Source of the DNA: Nitrospirota bacterium
GTDB taxonomy: Bacteria; Nitrospirota; UBA9217
Reading direction: 5' to 3'
Assembly (NCBI GenBank): GCA_963818475.1
Contig: CAWFSF010000002.1
Coordinates: 512,001-576,000 of the forward strand
DNA: 64,000 nucleotides
Position numbers and translations under genes: made by a program. Below the pieces are notes generated by a model. It ran no database searches, was not told the origin of the DNA, and was given only the letters and a program-made list of their open reading frames with translations. Shown here piece after piece: positions 56,240-64,000 of this stretch (position 1 is its first letter; each line of letters begins with the position of its first letter).

Positions 56240-56318
56240 ATAATCAGGATACAATAGGTCCTGTTAACGAGGGGTATCCGGCTGCCGGGGGCAGAGCTCA
56301 ACGGTTGAAAGCAAAGGA

Positions 56319-56855
56319 ATGGTGATGAACATGAAACGGGCAACGAACATCAAAAAATCAACGGCCGTGAAAAGAGGATCGGCCGTAAAACGAACAGCAA
56401 CGGTAGTGCCGCTGGAACGGCGGCAGAACGCGGTCGATAAGCGGCTCAAGACCTTTGACGAGCTGGACTTCGAAGTGTTCAGCAACCAGAAGTGGGACCG
56501 ACTGCAGGAGAGCCATGCCGAGGATATCGTCGTTACCTGGCCCGACGGACATGAGACGACCGGCATCGGAAAGCACATTGATGACCTCAAGGCCATGTTT
56601 GTTTACGCGCCGGATACGAAAATCAAGGTCCACCCGATCCGGTTCGGATCAGGCGATTTTACCTGTGTGGCCGGCGTCATGACCGGTACCTTTACGAAGC
56701 CGATGCCGGCAGGGGAGGGAAAAACAGTCCCGCCGACAGGCAAGGCGTTCAAGCTGCCCATGACGACGATTGCACACTGGAAGGGCAACATCATGGACCA
56801 TGAATGGCTGTTCTGGGACAATCACGAGTTCATGCGCCAGATCGGCCTTGCCTGA
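56319..56855 (+). CDS. SnoaL-like (ester cyclase/NTF2) protein
   Basis: SHAEDIVVTWPDG, MTGTFT.PM and PPTGKAF motifs; start codon uncertain. Confidence 0.85.
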   Translation: MVMNMKRATNIKKSTAVKRGSAVKRTATVVPLERRQNAVDKRLKTFDELDFEVFSNQKWDRLQESHAEDIVVTWPDGHETTGIGKHIDDLKAMFVYAPDTKIKVHPIRFGSGDFTCVAGVMTGTFTKPMPAGEGKTVPPTGKAFKLPMTTIAHWKGNIMDHEWLFWDNHEFMRQIGLA

Positions 56856-56916
56856 GGGGCTGTGATTCGTTCGACGAAATCGATATGCAGCAGGAGTCGG
56901 AAGGGAGGAACTGTTC

Positions 56917-57255
56917 ATGCCGGAAACAGGGGTAGTAAATATACGCGTTGACGAGGCCGGATTCCTCGTGGACCTTGAGGAATGGACAGAGGAGGTGGCG
57001 CGCGTTCTTGCCGCCACGGAAGGCATACGGGAACTGTCTAGGGAGCAGCTCGATATCCTGAAGTCCCTGCGGTCCTATTACCGGAGCCATGCGTTCTTTC
57101 CGATCGTACGTTCTGTGTGCGCGGACGTGCATCAACCGCGTACTTGCGTCACGGACCAGTTCGTCGATCCGGTCACTGCCTGGAAGATAGCGGGTCTGCC
57201 GAACCCGGGCGAGGAAGTGCTCGGCTTCCGGTCGTGGGAGCCGCTCGGGTACTAG
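56917..57255 (+). CDS. TusE/DsrC-family protein lacking the C-terminal Cys
   Basis: VDEAGFLVD.EEWTEEVA..LA..EGI and WKIAGLPNP motifs. Confidence 0.82.
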   Translation: MPETGVVNIRVDEAGFLVDLEEWTEEVARVLAATEGIRELSREQLDILKSLRSYYRSHAFFPIVRSVCADVHQPRTCVTDQFVDPVTAWKIAGLPNPGEEVLGFRSWEPLGY

Positions 57256-57296
57256 CGTGCCCCCGTGATCATCCGTAATAGTAAAGGAGCACGACC

Positions 57297-59054
57297 ATGG
57301 AGGGAAGGTCAATTCTATCCATTATTCGAATAACCGCAGGTTACGCCCTGTTCGGCGGTCTCTGGATCGCCGTGTCGGACCGCGTTCTGGAGACCCTGGT
57401 GGCGGATCCCCACCGGCTCACCCTGCTTCAGACTTACAAGGGCTGGGCCTTTGTTGCCGCCAGCGCCGTGCTGCTCGCGTTTTTGGCAGGCCGTGAACTG
57501 CACGGACGGGAGCGGGCGGAGCAGCGCCTGCGGCGCGAGCGGGAATCGGCGAGGATGTACCTCGATGTGGCGGGTGTCATCCTCCTCGTCATCGGAAGGG
57601 ACGAGCAGGTGAAGCTTATCAACCGGAAGGGCGCGGAGGTCCTTGGCATGCCCGAGGAAGAGATCATCGGCAGGAACTGGTTCGACTCTTTTCTTCCCGA
57701 AGGCTCCCGCCTTGAAGCGCGGGCCGCCTTCCAGCGGCTGGCTGCCGGGGAAGCGCTGTCCGGAGGGGACCGCGAAGGGCAGGTGCTTTCATCGGACGGA
57801 CGGGAGCGGCGCATCGCCTGGCTGGACGCGCTCGTCCGGGATAGTGCGGGCGTGATTACGGCTATCCTCAGCTCGGGAGAGGACGTAACCGACCGCAGGC
57901 ACACGGAACAGCAGGCCGCGTGCAGGCTTGACCAGCTCGCCGCGCTCCATGCGGTCGACCTCCTGATCGCCTCGACGCAGGACCTCCGCGTCATCCTGAA
58001 GCAGTTCCTCGACCTGGTCATCGCGCAGTTCCGCGTCGATGCTGCGGACGTACTGCTCGTGAACCGCCACACGCCCGTGCTCGAATACGCGGCGGAAAAG
58101 GGCTTCCGCAGCGCCGGCATCCGCCGGTCGAAGCTCAGGATCGGCGAAGGGCTCGCCGGCAGGGCTGCGCTCGAGCGGAGGGTCATCAGCGTACCCGACC
58201 TGCGGGACCCGGAAAGCGGGTTCGTACGGCCGGGGCTCATCAAGGAAGAATCATTCATCTCCTACTTCGCCGTGCCGCTCGTGACCAAAGGGGTCGTGAA
58301 AGGGGTGCTCGAACTGATGCACCGCTCCCCCCTTCTGCTGGACCGGGAGCAGGAGGATTTCCTGGAGTCCCTGGCATCCCAGGCCGCCATCGCCATCGAC
58401 AACGCCGCGCTCTTCGACGAGATCCAGCGGTCGAACGTCGACCTCCTGCTTGCCTACGACGCCACCCTCGAAGGATGGGCGCGGGCACTCGACCTCAGGG
58501 ACCGGGTGACCGAGCGGCACACCGAACGAGTGTCCGAGATGACGGTGAGCATAGCGCGGGAAATGGGGGTGCGCGAAGAGGAAATCGTCCATATCCGTCG
58601 CGGCGCGCTGCTTCATGACCTTGGAAAGATCGGGATCCCGGACAACATTTTGAGAAAAGAGGGCCCGCTCACACCGGAGGAGCGGCAGATCATGCAGCGC
58701 CATCCTCTCCTTGCTTTTGAAATGCTCCGGCCCATCGCCTACCTTCGGCCTGCGCTCGATATCCCCTACTGCCATCATGAGCGCTGGGACGGAAAGGGCT
58801 ACCCGCGGGGGCTCAAAGGGGAGCAGATCCCGCTGGCGGCGCGGATCTTCGCCCTGGTCGATATCTGGGATGCCATCCTTGCAACGGACCGGACCTACCG
58901 CAGTCCCCTGTCGCGCAGCCAGGCTTGCGAGCACATCCGGCGACTGGCAGGCACGCATCTGGACCCGAAGGTCGTGGACACGTTCCTGCGCATGGAGGAG
59001 CATTACTGCCCTGTCAGGATCGTTGAGCGGGACGAAGAAAAAGTCGCTTCGTGA
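57297..59054 (+). CDS. Membrane PAS-GAF-HD-GYP cyclic-dinucleotide phosphodiesterase
   Basis: Two TM segments, PAS, GAF, LLHDLGKIG and HHERWDGKGYP. Confidence 0.92.
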   Translation: MEGRSILSIIRITAGYALFGGLWIAVSDRVLETLVADPHRLTLLQTYKGWAFVAASAVLLAFLAGRELHGRERAEQRLRRERESARMYLDVAGVILLVIGRDEQVKLINRKGAEVLGMPEEEIIGRNWFDSFLPEGSRLEARAAFQRLAAGEALSGGDREGQVLSSDGRERRIAWLDALVRDSAGVITAILSSGEDVTDRRHTEQQAACRLDQLAALHAVDLLIASTQDLRVILKQFLDLVIAQFRVDAADVLLVNRHTPVLEYAAEKGFRSAGIRRSKLRIGEGLAGRAALERRVISVPDLRDPESGFVRPGLIKEESFISYFAVPLVTKGVVKGVLELMHRSPLLLDREQEDFLESLASQAAIAIDNAALFDEIQRSNVDLLLAYDATLEGWARALDLRDRVTERHTERVSEMTVSIAREMGVREEEIVHIRRGALLHDLGKIGIPDNILRKEGPLTPEERQIMQRHPLLAFEMLRPIAYLRPALDIPYCHHERWDGKGYPRGLKGEQIPLAARIFALVDIWDAILATDRTYRSPLSRSQACEHIRRLAGTHLDPKVVDTFLRMEEHYCPVRIVERDEEKVAS

Positions 59055-59093
59055 TGCGTTGTTTCGAAAAAACGAAAACGTAAAGGACGGCGT

Positions 59094-59183
59094 ATGAACA
59101 AAGTTTTCAAGATCATTTTGGCCTGTATCCTCTGCATCGCGGTTATCACGGGCATTGTTTATCTGGTAAAGTGGTTGCTGTGA
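59094..59183 (+). CDS. 29-aa single-TM small protein (not in the ORF track)
   Basis: AAAGGA RBS; MNKVFKIILACILCIAVITGIVYLVKWLL. Confidence 0.45.
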   Translation: MNKVFKIILACILCIAVITGIVYLVKWLL

Positions 59184-59217
59184 CCAGTCCTGATTTATCT
59201 CGAAAGGAGATGAGCAT

Positions 59218-59427
59218 ATGAAAAAGAACATGGGAACCGCTGACCGGGTCATTCGGGCGATCATTGCTGTCGCGATCATCGTTCTTTATTTTGCCGGTCA
59301 GATCACGGGCACGGCTGCGATCATCCTGGGCATCCTGGCGGTCCTTCTTCTTGCCACGAGCATTACCGGCGTCTGCCCGGGCTATTGGCCGTTCGGCATT
59401 TCGACGTTAAAGTTAAAAAAGACATGA
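59218..59427 (+). CDS. DUF2892 (YgaP-like) membrane protein
   Basis: MKKNMGTADRVIR...G.CP.Y.PFGIST pattern. Confidence 0.9.
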   Translation: MKKNMGTADRVIRAIIAVAIIVLYFAGQITGTAAIILGILAVLLLATSITGVCPGYWPFGISTLKLKKT

Positions 59428-59441
59428 GGGCACCGATGAAG

Positions 59442-59476
59442 CAGGGCATCCGGTCGGCAAGGTACCGGATGCCCTG
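59442..59476. terminator. Terminator between convergent genes
   Basis: CAGGGCATCCGGT/ACCGGATGCCCTG stem. Confidence 0.8.
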
Positions 59477-59496
59477 ATATTTTTTGTACGTACAGG

Positions 59497-59928
59497 TCAG
59501 GCTCCCTGACCTTTTCCCATCACGAATTTTCCGGTAAAATAATTCTTCCGTGTTTGCCCGGCCTCTTCCTCGATCCAGCGTTCGAGCCCGATCTTCTTGA
59601 TCCTGCAGAGGTTGTACACTTTCAGGTTGTGCGGGCGGATCGCGGCCAGGTCCGCCACCGGCGCCAGGAATGAACAGGGGAAATCGTCGCAGTCGCTGCA
59701 GAATTCAACTTTTTTGGCCTTTACACAATCGAGGGTCGCGCACCCCTGCGGCAGATGGATGTGCTTGCCATCCTGCTTGCGGCAGCCTTTGCAGGCTATT
59801 TCTTCCTTCGGCCAAGCATACTTTCCGTGCAGCACTTCCGCGACCTCTTTCGACAAATTCTTTTCGTAAATTTCACAGTTGAAACAGTCTATTCCGCACG
59901 GTGACGTCAAAGCCTTTTTGTCTTTCAT
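59497..59928 (-). CDS. DUF3795-like Cys-rich protein
   Basis: PCGIDCFNC..CKGCR..C...C..FCSDCDDFPC pattern. Confidence 0.85.
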   Translation of the reverse strand: MKDKKALTSPCGIDCFNCEIYEKNLSKEVAEVLHGKYAWPKEEIACKGCRKQDGKHIHLPQGCATLDCVKAKKVEFCSDCDDFPCSFLAPVADLAAIRPHNLKVYNLCRIKKIGLERWIEEEAGQTRKNYFTGKFVMGKGQGA

Positions 59929-59961
59929 AGTTTCTCCTTAAATTTGGTTGCAGTCTAAGAG

Positions 59962-59990
59962 TTAGACCGGTCTGGAGGCGAAAGGTTACA
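59962..59990 (-). promoter_or_regulatory. ECF-type promoter for the DUF3795 gene
   Basis: TGTAAC-N17-GTCTAA, directly after the sigma gene stop. Confidence 0.65.
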
Positions 59991-59996
59991 AAAAGG

Positions 59997-60779
59997 TCAG
60001 GAAAAAAACTGCCATTCTTTGTTCTTAATACCATCCCTCACGCGCTGGACAAAAGTTTCGTCAGCATTGTTCTGGTAGAGATCCCGATAGAAATCGCGCA
60101 AGGTCCGGAGCGTGAGGACATCTTTTCTGGCCTGGAGGGTGACCGGCAGTCGAGGATCGACACGGACCTCTTTCGATATCCAGCCCCGCTCCAGTCCGAA
60201 ACGGACCCATTGCCTGCAGGTGCAGGGATTTGTTTTCTTGATAAACTGACACCTGTTCTCCATGTACCCGAACCATCGTTTCTTGGCCCGGTGAAGGGTA
60301 GTTTTTACGGAAGCTAAAGATATGTCGAGGATTTCCGCGACGAGCTTGTGAGGCAGTCCGACCGTGATCGCCAGGCAAAAAACCTTTCGCTGCTCAGGGG
60401 GGAGGCATTCAGTCAGACAATGCAGGCATTTTACCCGCGCTTGATACGCGAGCAGCTCGGTCTCCGGATTGCTGGCGGGATTGGGGTCGACGATGTCCTC
60501 GAGAGAATAGCCGTGCTCCTCGGTAAGCTCATGGATCGGCAGCTTGGTCCTCTGCTTTAAATGGTCATTGGCGACATTCAGGGCGATACGGTAGATCCAG
60601 GTGAAAAAAGAGCTTTCTGCACGGAAGGTGTCGTAGGAGCGAAAAGCGCGGAAGAATGCCTCCTGGGTGATGTCCTCGGCATCGTGCGCATTGCCGGAAA
60701 GCGACACAGCAAGCCTGTAAACTTTCGGCTGATTATCGCGGTACAGTTGGTCAAAAAGTTCCCTCTGCTCGGCAAGCAT
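59997..60779 (-). CDS. ECF sigma factor with a Cys-containing C-terminal extension
   Basis: DAEDITQEAF, FFTWIYRIA and VKTTLHRAK motifs; extension RCQFIKKTNPCTC; GAGGTG RBS. Confidence 0.9.
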   Translation of the reverse strand: MLAEQRELFDQLYRDNQPKVYRLAVSLSGNAHDAEDITQEAFFRAFRSYDTFRAESSFFTWIYRIALNVANDHLKQRTKLPIHELTEEHGYSLEDIVDPNPASNPETELLAYQARVKCLHCLTECLPPEQRKVFCLAITVGLPHKLVAEILDISLASVKTTLHRAKKRWFGYMENRCQFIKKTNPCTCRQWVRFGLERGWISKEVRVDPRLPVTLQARKDVLTLRTLRDFYRDLYQNNADETFVQRVRDGIKNKEWQFFS

Positions 60780-60810
60780 GGACTGCACCTCTCTTTTCAT
60801 CAGGATCCGC

Positions 60811-61362
60811 CTAGCGGAGCATCCCGATGATCTCCTCCGCGCTTGACACCTTCGCAAAAACAGCGCCCAATGCGGCCATGTACGATCCGTGAACATGTTT
60901 CGCAGGAATATCGAGACCGTTGAACACAAGATTTCTCGTCGCGCAGGCATCGTGTGCAACCATGCAAGCATAACCCATGTCGAAAGCCGCCCGCGTTGTC
61001 GCATCGATGCACATGTGCGACATCATCCCGCAAATGACCAGTTCCCTGATTTTGCTGGACAGAAGATACTCCTGCAAGCCTGTATCCCGGAAACTGTTCG
61101 GAAAATGTTTTTTGATCACCATTTCATTGGGAAGGGGCTTTACGCTTTCGTGGAAGTTTATTCCCTCCGTATCCGGCAGAAGAAAGGTAGCGTTTGGCCG
61201 CGCTGCGATGTGCTGGATATGGACGATTGGCAGATTCTTTTCCCGGAAATGGTCCAGCAGTCTTTGAGCGACTTGAGATGCTTCGACTGCGCCGACGACC
61301 TCCATCCTTCCTTTCGGGAAATAGTCCTGTTGAATATCCACTAATACCAATGCAGGTTTCAT
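60811..61362 (-). CDS. Isochorismatase-family cysteine hydrolase
   Basis: VDIQQDYF, KHFPNSF and GMMSHMCIDATTR motifs. Confidence 0.92.
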   Translation of the reverse strand: MKPALVLVDIQQDYFPKGRMEVVGAVEASQVAQRLLDHFREKNLPIVHIQHIAARPNATFLLPDTEGINFHESVKPLPNEMVIKKHFPNSFRDTGLQEYLLSSKIRELVICGMMSHMCIDATTRAAFDMGYACMVAHDACATRNLVFNGLDIPAKHVHGSYMAALGAVFAKVSSAEEIIGMLR

Positions 61363-61856
61363 GCATTCTCCTCGATTCTAATATTTTCAAACTGCTCCCT
61401 GGTCATGTCCATGTCGATAAATTCAATGTCTTTCCCCTGGATCGTATGAATGCTTTCTCCCGTTATTATAAATCCGATGCTTTTATAAAGCTGCGATGCC
61501 CGGGGATTGTTTTTTCTCACGATCAGATGGATCTTAGCTAGGTTCAAGTGCCGGAAACCCGTTTTCAGGGTCGCAAGCGTAACTTCTCTTCCCAAACCTT
61601 TGCCTGTCCAAACCGGATGGATGGCAATGCGAAATTCCGCTTCCTCGCCAGCCGTAACGCTCAACAGGCTGAAACCGACGACCCGGTTCTTCCTGAATAC
61701 AACGGCGTAGACCCAGGTGTTTGACTTGTCCCGGAATTCATCGAGCCACCCATTATCCCGCAGGGCGTAGTCCATCTGCTCAAACTCACCAAGGTAAGGG
61801 GGCCAGTTTTTTATTTCAGCGATGTCTTCGGCACTGATCGGCCGCAGCTGGATCAT
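61359..61856 (-). CDS. GNAT family N-acetyltransferase
   Basis: HPVWTGKGLG and N.RA..LY.SIGF motifs. Confidence 0.9.
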   Translation of the reverse strand: MIQLRPISAEDIAEIKNWPPYLGEFEQMDYALRDNGWLDEFRDKSNTWVYAVVFRKNRVVGFSLLSVTAGEEAEFRIAIHPVWTGKGLGREVTLATLKTGFRHLNLAKIHLIVRKNNPRASQLYKSIGFIITGESIHTIQGKDIEFIDMDMTREQFENIRIEENA

Positions 61857-61871
61857 ATTGTCCTTTATACG

Positions 61872-61975
61872 CTATCCAATGATTATTTCTTCGAGCATTA
61901 ACCTTTTCCTCGGCTCCGGTAATTCGGCGGGATAGCCGATGGGCAGCAGCGCGGTAACGTAGAGTAGAAAGGCTT
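61872..61975 (-). pseudogene. 3' remnant of a nitroreductase-family gene
   Basis: ALLPIGYPAE.P.PRKR..LEEI with no start or N-terminal part. Confidence 0.55.
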
Positions 61976-62632
61976 TCACTGCTTGAGAGCGCTGAAGAGA
62001 GCAACGCAGCCCTTCACCAGTATCGAGGTGTCGACGAAATGTTTTTGCAATCTCGCTTCCAAATCCTTGAGGTTGAAGGTCCGTTAATTTCTGCGCCACA
62101 TAATTCCGCCTGACGCCTTGGCCCAGGATCGTGGAGCCGAGGAGGCCCCCGTCCGCAGAAAAGGTTTCAGGTTTCCGAACACCATGCTTTTGCTCGCAAG
62201 GTGTCCGGGCAGACAATGAAGGAGATAGTTGAGGCCAATGGAAGAATATTCCGATATGCCGGCATCGATCGGCTGAAGGACATCGGACAGGTGACAGGAA
62301 GGACTGTAACGGCGCAGACGTTTTGCTGTTGCGCGCAAACTGTTGGGGTTCAGGTCTATAAGAGCGATAGTCGGAGTCGAGGAAGGAAACCGGCACTTGT
62401 CGAGAAAATAACCAGTGCCGACGCCAACGTCGAGGTGCCTTTCGGTAATGTGTTGGTTGTAGAAATTGAGAATATCTTGAGAGGGGCACTTCCAGGCGAA
62501 AGAGTTGGAAAAACCCAGGACGAACAGGTCGTATAGGGACAACGCCGCTTTCGTGTATGCTGCCGCGCCTTTGGCCGGGTCCTCATGCTCGCCGGCAAAG
62601 TGTGTTGAACATTGTTCATCGTCATGCCTCAC
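61976..62632 (-). CDS. Class I SAM-dependent methyltransferase; at least two frame breaks, possibly degraded
   Basis: HLDVGVGTGYFL, NYLLHCLPG and GSTILG; the last frame reads LE.RL.KHF...GCVALFSA-stop at 61976. Confidence 0.72.
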
Positions 62633-62798
62633 GATTCTCCTATCCGGATGTCACGGTGAATATACAAATATACCATGAATAGGGTTGACGAACAACTGGT
62701 GTGTATGTGATATTGTCAGAGGAATGAGAGGCTTATTTCTGCCCCCCTTGGTTAGGGGTATTTCGAGAGTCGGAGCAAATTCCCAAAGTGAACATATT

Positions 62799-63047
62799 TA
62801 CCGCGAAGATGCACGAATAACAACCGAACACAACCTGAACAAGTCTTTGACACGGATCAAGGTGGAGAAGAGCTATGATAACTGCGGATTTTTCTTGGCC
62901 AGGAACTTGGCCCTTTTGTGGGATACCCAATCCTTTGCTCTTTTTCTCCGCCATTATCATAGCCGTTATCCGTGAAAATCCGTGTCAAAGGTCCTGCTCC
63001 TTCTACCTCATGATGTCATTCGCGTCCATTCGCGTAATTCGAAGTTA
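62799..63047. repeat. Two-layer nested inverted-repeat element
   Basis: Inner pair 62844-62878/62956-62990 matches the outer pair at 52377/52893; outer degenerate (CGCGAA)n/(TTCGCG)n arms. Confidence 0.75.
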
Positions 63048-63053
63048 CCTGCT

Positions 63054-64000
63054 TTACAGCTCCCGCCACAATTCCAGCGCATTCCTTGCAGAACGGAACC
63101 CGAACTGCCTGAGCGGCTCCAGATAGGGGCTCTTCATGGCCGGTTCGCCATTGATCGTCTCGATCACGATTTTCCTGACCGGATTGAACTCCCGGCCGAG
63201 CAGGTCCTTGAACAGGACGAAATATTCAGCAAGATGCTCGTCGTCAGGCGGGACCATGAGCTCGATGTTCTTGCCCAGGCGCTTCGCGATCATGACCAGC
63301 CTGCTGCCGTGATAGACCAGGTGCGTCGAGGAAATGCGGGAAGGCAGTCCCGCTATCCCCGCAAGGCCCAGTCCGCAAAGGGACGCGGGGTCGGCTGCGT
63401 TGATCCAGAACACGGCGTCCTTTGGCAGCGGCTCCTGCAGCATGCGGAACGCCTCGGGCGATACGAACTGCGGGCCCGGGACCCCTTCAAAGAAGTAGCC
63501 TGACAGCACCTCGCCCGAAAGCTCCATCATGCGAAGCGACCGGAACACTGCGCGCCACTGGAAAGGCGGCAGCTCGTTCGCAAGAAGCGGGCGGAATAAA
63601 ACCCCGAAGCGCTTGAGCAGCTGCCTGACGCGGTCCTTCACCAGTTCTTCGGTTTCGAGGATATCCTGCTCCTGCGGCACGGGATCGATCCGGAGCCAAT
63701 GCCCTTCCAGCGGCCTCGATACCTTCCACCGGTTAAAGCCGGCACGCCGGGACATGAGCCGCTCGTCATTCCCGAACGGTCTGTCGCTCGAGAACCCGGT
63801 CAGGACCCCTTTTCTGATGACGCGGAAGGAATCGCTCGTCACATTCCCCTTCCATGCCTCCTTCCAAAGAAGCTCCACTGGCATGGGTTGTGTCCATATG
63901 GGAAAACCCCGCAATGTCGAGGAAGCTGTATTTGCCGCGGCGGTCGGGGATCAGGTGGTCGAGCTCTTCGTCCTGCTCTCGCTCCCGCGGCAGGGCGAAA
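63054..64000 (-). CDS. Lhr-family DEAD/H helicase, C-terminal part; 5' end outside the window
   Basis: LL.RFGVLFR, LRMMELSGEV.SGYF.EG.PGPQF and INAADPASL motifs. Confidence 0.8.

Overview
Bacterial chromosomal window of moderately high GC. Gene content and order (rplM-rpsI-argC-argJ, rpsB-tsf-pyrH-frr, a detached atpBE pair) resemble Nitrospirota or Desulfobacterota; the taxon is inferred. Many genes, including tsf, are split by single-base frame breaks, most simply read as long-read indel errors. Positions 1-30 kb hold housekeeping and accessory genes: mutS2, yqeY, rpsU, argJC, rpsI/rplM, rpsB-tsf-pyrH-frr, atpBE, gltX, pdxA, sppA, an octaheme HAO-family cytochrome, cysK, a sigma-54 USP/small-protein cluster and a D-Ala-D-Ala carboxypeptidase. 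Positions 30.5-48.4 kb are a visibly lower-GC, minus-strand locus of four secreted-protein genes and the best candidate for an undescribed system. It encodes (i) a ~1,870-aa protein with an intact transglutaminase-like Cys-His-Asp triad, Ig-like domains, a peptidoglycan-binding-like segment and a C-terminal NlpC/P60 domain; (ii) an overlapping signal-peptide beta-propeller gene, a candidate immunity protein; (iii) a PilP/GspC-HR-like protein; and (iv) a ~3,500-aa protein with HExxH, alpha-alpha toroid, CARDB, Calx-beta, SBBP, Ig and RCC1 modules. Positions 49-64 kb hold a candidate pseudoknotted ncRNA, a Tat-exported molybdoenzyme cluster, a TusE/DsrC-like gene lacking its C-terminal Cys next to an HD-GYP gene, an ECF sigma/DUF3795 unit and the 3' end of an Lhr helicase. 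A family of non-coding inverted-repeat elements recurs at ~25.0, 28.3, 52.4 and 62.8 kb, nested up to four layers deep. No rRNA, tRNA or CRISPR array was seen. All family calls come from motif recognition by eye; no searches were run.
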